DNA of 49,123 bases from Acidimicrobiales bacterium (GTDB lineage: Bacteria > Actinomycetota > Acidimicrobiia > Acidimicrobiales > AC-14): contig JBOGIF010000045.1 in the NCBI GenBank assembly GCA_050742415.1, positions 1 to 49,123 on the forward strand. Direction: 5' to 3'. Under the pieces are notes generated by a model, which was given only the letters and a program-made list of their open reading frames with translations, was not told the DNA's origin and ran no database searches. Of this stretch, positions 44,195 to 49,123 are shown one piece after another (position 1 is the first letter of the stretch; each line of letters begins with the position of its first letter). The position numbers were made by a program, and so were the translations under genes.

Positions 44195-44889
44195 GTCCCG
44201 TCCCGCCCGGCCGGCGGCACGATCACCGTCGCCAGGTAGGTGGCGGGCCTGTCGGCGGCGTCGGCCACCGCCGCCACCCGCTGGCCGGGAAGGCCCAGCA
44301 GCTCACCGACGATGGCTCCGTCCAACCGGCCGGCGTCGGCCAGGCTCTTGGCCACGGCCGGCAGGTGGCGGCCGCCCTTGTAGACGACGATCGTGGCATC
44401 GGGGTCGTCGAGAGCGCCTTCGAGGGCCTCGGGACCGTCGAGGGCCGTCACCAGGCGGAGGTGACCGCGACCCTCGAGCAGGACCGTGCCCGTCCGGGAG
44501 GCCAGGTCCTGGAAGGCGGTGATGCCCGGCACCGTCTCGACCGTGGCCGCGGGCCGCAGGGACTGGACCGCCGCAGCCACCGCGGTGAAGGTGCTGTAGA
44601 CGTTGGGGTCGCCGAGGGTGACAAAAGCAACCACCTCGCCGGCGTCGAGGGCCTCGACCAGGCGCGAGGCGGCGTCGCGGATGGAACCGTCGGCGGTCCC
44701 CATGTCGAAGACAAGTCTCTCGACCATCACGTCGGGGCAGGCCTGGCGGACTATGGCCTCGGCTCGCCCGACAGCGTCGAGGGCAACGGACGGCGCCAGC
44801 ACCCGGTCGGCCTCCCGCAGGACGCGCACCGCCCGCGCCGTCACCAGCTCGGGGTCACCGGGGCCGACACCGACGCCCACCAGCCTCAT
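44191..44889 (-). CDS. cbiL: Precorrin-2 / cobalt-factor-II C20-methyltransferase
   Basis: MRLVGVGVGPGDPELVT…TLGDPNVYSTF…VPGITAF… ATG at 44889. Confidence 0.88.
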   Translation of the reverse strand: MRLVGVGVGPGDPELVTARAVRVLREADRVLAPSVALDAVGRAEAIVRQACPDVMVERLVFDMGTADGSIRDAASRLVEALDAGEVVAFVTLGDPNVYSTFTAVAAAVQSLRPAATVETVPGITAFQDLASRTGTVLLEGRGHLRLVTALDGPEALEGALDDPDATIVVYKGGRHLPAVAKSLADAGRLDGAIVGELLGLPGQRVAAVADAADRPATYLATVIVPPAGRDGT

Positions 44890-45022
44890 CCGGCAACACC
44901 CTCGACCGACGTCGTTGACCGAGCCGGGTGCCTGGCTCCCGGGCAACGCCGCTCGGCGTCTACCCGTCACAGTGGTGGACCGCGCCGGACTCGTCACCGG
45001 CTTCCCGTGGCTTCGGTGCCGG
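44890..45022 (-). promoter_or_regulatory. Cobalamin (AdoCbl) riboswitch
   Basis: The minus-strand RNA reads CCGGCACCGAAGCCACGGGAAGCCGGUGACGAGUCCGGCGCGGUCCACCACUGUGACGGG...GGGAGCCAGGCACCCGGC...GGUGUUGCCGG-AUG. It contains the GGGAA-GGUG...CCACUGU core and a B12-box-like AGCCAGG..ACC.GGC. The P1 3' arm abuts the cbiL AUG. Confidence 0.8.
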
Positions 45023-45026
45023 AAAT

Positions 45027-46400
45027 CTAGCTGGAACGCGGCCGGGACAACTTGCCTGCGGCGGCGGCGACGAAACGTTCGGCCAGGCTCGGGTCGGCGG
45101 CCAGGTGGAGGTGCACGTAGGACGCCAACAGGGTGGGGGAGGCGAAGCCGCCGATCCCGGTGCCGCTCCGCCCCCGCCAGTCGAGAGCGTCGCCCCGGGG
45201 CGACAGCTGCGAGTAGTGGAACTCGTGGCCCCGGACCTCCGTCCCGGCCGGCCCCAGCGGGTTGTCCACCCGGAATCGCGCCCGGCGGTAGCCGAGGGTC
45301 AGGCGGTCGGTCATGGCTGCCTCGGCGGGCACGGCGCCGGCCAGGGCTCGGCCGTCGAGGGTCCGGGCCAGCCACAACAGGCCCCCGCATTCCGCCCAGG
45401 AGACCAGACCGGCACCGACCCGGGCCCGGACGTCGGCCAGCATCGACCGGTTCGCCGCCAAGCCCTTGGCGAAGCACTCCGGGAAGCCGCCCCCGGCGTA
45501 GAGGGCATCGGCGTCTTCAGGCAGGTACCGGTCCGAGAGCGGGTCGAAGGGCACGATCTCGGCGCCGGCCTGCTCCAGGGCTTCGAGGTTGTCCGGGTAG
45601 ACGAAGCTGAAGGCGCCACCAGCGGCCACGGCCACGCGCACCCGAGCCTGGTGGCGGGCCAGTGGCGGGGCGGCCACCGACAACGTGGAAGCGCCTCGGG
45701 CGAGAGCCAGGATGGCGTCGACGTCGCAGTAGCGCTCGACGGCGGCGGCCAGTGGCGCCAGCGAGCGCCTCACGTCGTCGGGCCTCTCCACCACGGGCAC
45801 CAGCCCGAGGTGGCGGTCCCGCCACGCCAGCCTCGGGTCGCGGCGGAGGGCGCCGAGCACGGGAACTCCCGTCGCCGCTACGGCGGATCGCAACATCTCC
45901 TCGTGGCTGTCGCCGGCCACCCGGTTGAGGACGACGCCGGCGACGTCCACGCTGCGGTCGAAGGTGGCGAACCCGTGGACCATCGCAGCCACCGAGGCCC
46001 CGACGGCCGAGCCGTCCACCACCAGGACGATGGGGGCGTCGAGGAGGCCGGCTGCCTCGGCGGTGCTCGCCGTCGGCCCCTCGGGGTCGCCCGAGCCGTC
46101 GAAGAGACCCATGACGCCCTCCACCACGAGCACGTCGGCTCCGGCGCTCGCCCGCCCGGCCAGGGGGCCAACCGAGGTGGCGCCGCACATCCACGAATCG
46201 AGGTTGCGGCTGGGCCGGCCGGTGGCCAGGGCGTGGTAGCCGGGGTCGACGAAGTCCGGCCCCACCTTGGCGGCGCCGACCACGAGGCCGCGGCGGGCGA
46301 GGGCGGCCATGAGCCCGGTGGCGACGGTCGTCTTGCCGGATCCCGACGACGTGCCGGCCACCACCACCCGGGGTCCGAGCCGGGACGCGGCGTTGGGCAT
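45027..46400 (-). CDS. cbiA: Cobyrinate a,c-diamide synthase
   Basis: …VVVAGTSSGSGKTTVATGLMAAL…GPDFVDPGYH… plus a C-terminal glutamine amidotransferase part (…AECGGLLWL…GHEFHYS…). ATG at 46400. Confidence 0.9.
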   Translation of the reverse strand: MPNAASRLGPRVVVAGTSSGSGKTTVATGLMAALARRGLVVGAAKVGPDFVDPGYHALATGRPSRNLDSWMCGATSVGPLAGRASAGADVLVVEGVMGLFDGSGDPEGPTASTAEAAGLLDAPIVLVVDGSAVGASVAAMVHGFATFDRSVDVAGVVLNRVAGDSHEEMLRSAVAATGVPVLGALRRDPRLAWRDRHLGLVPVVERPDDVRRSLAPLAAAVERYCDVDAILALARGASTLSVAAPPLARHQARVRVAVAAGGAFSFVYPDNLEALEQAGAEIVPFDPLSDRYLPEDADALYAGGGFPECFAKGLAANRSMLADVRARVGAGLVSWAECGGLLWLARTLDGRALAGAVPAEAAMTDRLTLGYRRARFRVDNPLGPAGTEVRGHEFHYSQLSPRGDALDWRGRSGTGIGGFASPTLLASYVHLHLAADPSLAERFVAAAAGKLSRPRSS

Positions 46401-46504
46401 GGACGCGCATTCTGGTCCACCGAAGCCCTGGGCGAGCCGCTTGCCTGATCCAGCCCCGTCCCTGCCGGCCGGACCGTCGGTGGGCGTAGGTAGCATCCGA
46501 TGCG

Positions 46505-47239
46505 ATGGGCCTGGAGGTGATCACGCTGCCGCTCGTAGCCGTGGCGGCCGGGATCCTGTCTTTCAGCTCGCCTTGCTGCCTGCCGCTGGTCCCCGGCTAC
46601 CTGTCGTACATGTCGTCGCTACCGGTAGCCGAGCTCGGACGTCGACAGGCCCGCGGAGTGGCGCTCAGGGCTTCACTGCTCTTCGTCGCCGGGTTCACGA
46701 CCGTGTTCACCGCCCTGGGGGTGGCTGCCCAGCTCCTGGGCTCGGTGTTCTTCTCGAACAAGGGCCCGGTGGTGCGGGTGTTCGGGGTGCTGATCATCGC
46801 CCTCGGCCTGTCGACCGCCGGGGTGCTCAAGGTGCCGTTCCTGCAGCGGGAGCGCCGGCTCGACATGACCCGGGTGCCGAAGGGCGCCCGCTGGGCGTTC
46901 CCGATGGGGATGGCCTTCGCCGCCGGCTGGGCGCCTTGCATCGGGCCGGTTCTGGCCGCCATCCTCGCCGCCGCTGCGGCCACCGACACCGTCGTCTGGG
47001 GCGCAGTCCTGCTCGTCCTCTACTCCGCCGGCCTCGGCGTGCCCTTCGTGCTGCTGGCCCTGGGGTTCCAGCGGGCGCAGGGCTCGATGGCGTGGTTGCG
47101 CGACAACGGCCGGCGCATAGAGGTAGCTGGCGGGAGCCTGCTCGTGGTGGTCGGCCTGCTGTTCGTGACCGGGCGTTGGCAGGCCCTTTTCCTGCCGCTC
47201 CAGCGCTGGTTCGCGCGGTTCGGTTGGCCTCCGGTATGA
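46505..47239 (+). CDS. ccdA: Cytochrome c biogenesis / thiol-disulfide electron transporter CcdA (DsbD family)
   Basis: …LSFSSPCCLPLVPGYLSY… and …AGWAPCIGPVLAAIL…, the two conserved Cys-Pro TM motifs. Confidence 0.88.
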   Translation: MGLEVITLPLVAVAAGILSFSSPCCLPLVPGYLSYMSSLPVAELGRRQARGVALRASLLFVAGFTTVFTALGVAAQLLGSVFFSNKGPVVRVFGVLIIALGLSTAGVLKVPFLQRERRLDMTRVPKGARWAFPMGMAFAAGWAPCIGPVLAAILAAAAATDTVVWGAVLLVLYSAGLGVPFVLLALGFQRAQGSMAWLRDNGRRIEVAGGSLLVVVGLLFVTGRWQALFLPLQRWFARFGWPPV

Positions 47240-47829
47240 GCGAGGCGGGCGAGCCTGTAGCCGTCCCCCCTTTGGCCCGGCGCCGCCGCGCGTTGTGGAT
47301 CTCGGCGGCCGTGGCGGCTGTGGTCGGCCTGCTGGTTGCTGCCCTTGCCACCCGCCCGCCGGCTGAGAGCGTGGCCGTGCGCTCGCCCCTCGTCGGCCGG
47401 CCGGCTCCGGCCATCGCCGCGTCCACGATCGACGGCCAGCCCTTCCGTTTGGCAAACCTCCGCGGTCGCTGGGTGGTCCTCAACTACTTCGCCACCTGGT
47501 GCGTGCCGTGCCGCATGGAGCACGCCGACCTCGTCCGCTTCCAGGCGAAGCACGAGGCCGGCCGAGACGCGTCGGTGGTGGCCGTCGTCTACAACGACTC
47601 CTCCCAGGCGGTGAAGGAGTTTCGGGCCGCTGAGGGCGGCACGTGGCCCATGGTGGAGGACCTGAAGGGCCGCATCGCCATCGACTACGGCGTCTCCGGG
47701 GTGCCGGAGTCGTTCCTGATCGACCCGAAGGGCGTCGTGGTGGCCAAGATCCTGGGCGGCGTGCGCTTCGACGACCTCGAGGCCCTCCTGGCCAGGGCCA
47801 AGGCGGGAGAGACGGTCGCACGCTCCTAG
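47236..47829 (+). CDS. TlpA/ResA-like membrane-anchored thiol:disulfide oxidoreductase
   Basis: An N-terminal TM, then …VVLNYFATWCVPCRMEH… (WCxxC). ATGA overlap with ccdA. Confidence 0.85.
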   Translation: MSEAGEPVAVPPLARRRRALWISAAVAAVVGLLVAALATRPPAESVAVRSPLVGRPAPAIAASTIDGQPFRLANLRGRWVVLNYFATWCVPCRMEHADLVRFQAKHEAGRDASVVAVVYNDSSQAVKEFRAAEGGTWPMVEDLKGRIAIDYGVSGVPESFLIDPKGVVVAKILGGVRFDDLEALLARAKAGETVARS

Positions 47830-47840
47830 CATCGGCGGAA

Positions 47841-49123
47841 GTGGCCGACGACCTGTTCGACGCCGCGCTCGCCGATCGCCTGGCGGCCGCTGCCCCGCTC
47901 GCCACCCGCCTGCGCCCGACCACCCTCGACGAGGTGGTGGGCCAGGAGCACCTGCTGGCGCCCGGGCGCCCGCTGCGCACGCTCATGGAGGCCGACCGTC
48001 TCAGCTCGGTGATCCTGTGGGGACCGCCGGGGACGGGCAAGACCACGCTGGCCCGCCTCATCGCCGGGAGCACGGCCAAAGCGTTCGAGCCGATGTCGGC
48101 GGTGACCGCCGGCGTCAAGGACGTGCGCGACGTCGTCGCCCGGGCCCGGAGCCGGATGGGCCAGCAGGGCCGGGGGACCATCCTGTTCCTCGACGAGGTC
48201 CACCGGTTCAACCGCTCCCAGCAGGACGCCCTGCTGCCTTCGGTGGAGGACGGCCTTCTGGTGCTCGTGGGCGCCACGACCGAGAACCCCTATTTCGAGG
48301 TCAACTCGCCGCTGCTGTCGCGGTCGAGCCTCTTCCGCCTCCACCCGCTGTCCGCAGAGGCGGCCCGCACCCTGCTCGACCGGGGCCTCGCCGTGGAGGG
48401 GGCCACCGCCGACGACGACGCCCTCGACCACCTGGTGAACCGGGCCGACGGGGACGCGAGAGTGGCCCTCAACGCTCTGGAGGTGGCGGTCGCCCTGGCG
48501 GGCCCCGACCGTCACGTCACCCTTCCAGCGGCGGAGTCGGCGCTCGATGCCCGCGCCCTGCGCTACGAGCGCGACGAGCACTACGACGTCGTGAGCGCGT
48601 TCATAAAGAGCGTGCGCGGCTCCGACCCCGACGCCGGCCTCTACTGGCTGGCGCGCATGCTCGAGGCCGGGGAGGACGCCCGCTTCGTTGCCCGCCGCCT
48701 GGTGATCCTGGCGTCGGAGGACGTGGGCATGGCCGACCCCACGGCGCTTCTGGTGGCCGACGCCGCCGCCCGTGCGGTCGAGTTCGTGGGCCTGCCCGAG
48801 GCCCAGCTCAACCTCGCCCACGCGGTCGTCCACCTGTCGTGCGCACCGAAGTCGAACCGGGTGACCCAGGCACTGGGTCGGGCCAGCGCCGACGTGCGGC
48901 TGCGGGGGGGCGGGGAGGTCCCGCCCTACCTGCGCGACGGGTCGTACCACGGCGCCGAGAAGCTGGGTCACGGCGTGGGCTACGACTATCCTCACGACGA
49001 CCGGCGCGGGTGGGTCGCCCAGCAGTACCGCCCGCCGGAGGTCGAGGGGCGGGTCTACTACGAGCCGTCCGACCACGGCGCAGAACGGGAGGTCGGCGAA
49101 CGCATGCGGCACCTGGACCAGCC
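47841..49123 (+). CDS. rarA: Replication-associated recombination protein A (RarA/MgsA), 3' end outside the window
   Basis: Translated by hand from GTG 47841; it is absent from the track because no stop lies within the window. …RLRPTTLDEVVGQEHLLAPGRPLR…ILWGPPGTGKTTLARLIA…LFLDEVHRFNRSQQDALLPSVEDG…GATTENPYFEVNSPLLSR…YHGAEKLGHGVGYDYPHD… The track's 47826-49112 minus ORF is its antisense shadow. Confidence 0.9.
   Translation, partial: MADDLFDAALADRLAAAAPLATRLRPTTLDEVVGQEHLLAPGRPLRTLMEADRLSSVILWGPPGTGKTTLARLIAGSTAKAFEPMSAVTAGVKDVRDVVARARSRMGQQGRGTILFLDEVHRFNRSQQDALLPSVEDGLLVLVGATTENPYFEVNSPLLSRSSLFRLHPLSAEAARTLLDRGLAVEGATADDDALDHLVNRADGDARVALNALEVAVALAGPDRHVTLPAAESALDARALRYERDEHYDVVSAFIKSVRGSDPDAGLYWLARMLEAGEDARFVARRLVILASEDVGMADPTALLVADAAARAVEFVGLPEAQLNLAHAVVHLSCAPKSNRVTQALGRASADVRLRGGGEVPPYLRDGSYHGAEKLGHGVGYDYPHDDRRGWVAQQYRPPEVEGRVYYEPSDHGAEREVGERMRHLDQ

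Noticed and set aside
46401-46504. Second cobalamin riboswitch upstream of cbiA
   Set aside because: No GCCACUG-type B12 box or GGGAA/GGUG core was recognisable in either orientation.
47826-49112. 428-aa minus-strand ORF
   Set aside because: The plus strand encodes an unmistakable RarA/MgsA. That gene is missing from the track only because it has no stop inside the window.

Overview
GC-rich, actinobacterial-style chromosomal segment. It shows strong G/C third-position bias, many GTG/TTG starts and frequent 4-nt ATGA/GTGA stop-start overlaps. Many long ORFs in the track are antisense 'shadow' ORFs and were discarded.

Blocks, left to right:
(1) A PIN toxin fragment, convergent with a HAD-IB hydrolase that carries an unrecognised C-terminal domain.
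(2) A minus-strand run of small membrane proteins (DUF983/DUF998/DUF4190-like) and an MBL-fold hydrolase.
(3) A glycine/sarcosine/betaine-reductase-type selenoprotein operon, grdE-like - grdB - grdC - trx - grdA. The ORF track splits both grdA and grdB because each has an in-frame TGA at exactly the known selenocysteine position.
(4) A SAM methyltransferase ATGA-coupled to a very divergent copper-amine-oxidase-like protein.
(5) WhiB, DoxX, an AhpD/CMD-like protein and a radical SAM protein.
(6) Two type II toxin-antitoxin loci (RHH+PIN, VapBC), plus a stand-alone paralogue of the domain fused to the HAD hydrolase.
(7) A TIGR00300 (LOR/SDH-like) gene divergent from putA.
(8) ettA, NfeD-SPFH, an alpha/beta hydrolase, a P-loop kinase and YegP.
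(9) An LAxTG surface protein, a lipoprotein and an atypical FtsH-like AAA+/M41 protease.
(10) An unannotated 43-codon acidic-leader/cationic-tail peptide ORF, a perfect 14-bp hairpin, an M50-like membrane metalloprotease and a HAD hydrolase.
(11) A cobalamin-riboswitch-controlled early-cobalt-insertion cobalamin operon (cbiL-F-D-ET-GH-fdx-C-X-cbtB-cbtA), preceded by cbiA.
(12) ccdA, a TlpA-like oxidoreductase and rarA (3' end outside the window).

No rRNA, tRNA, CRISPR array, transposase or integrase was recognised. The most novel-looking item is the peptide/hairpin/M50 module. Next are the atypical selenoprotein reductase operon and the repeated unknown domain next to PIN loci.
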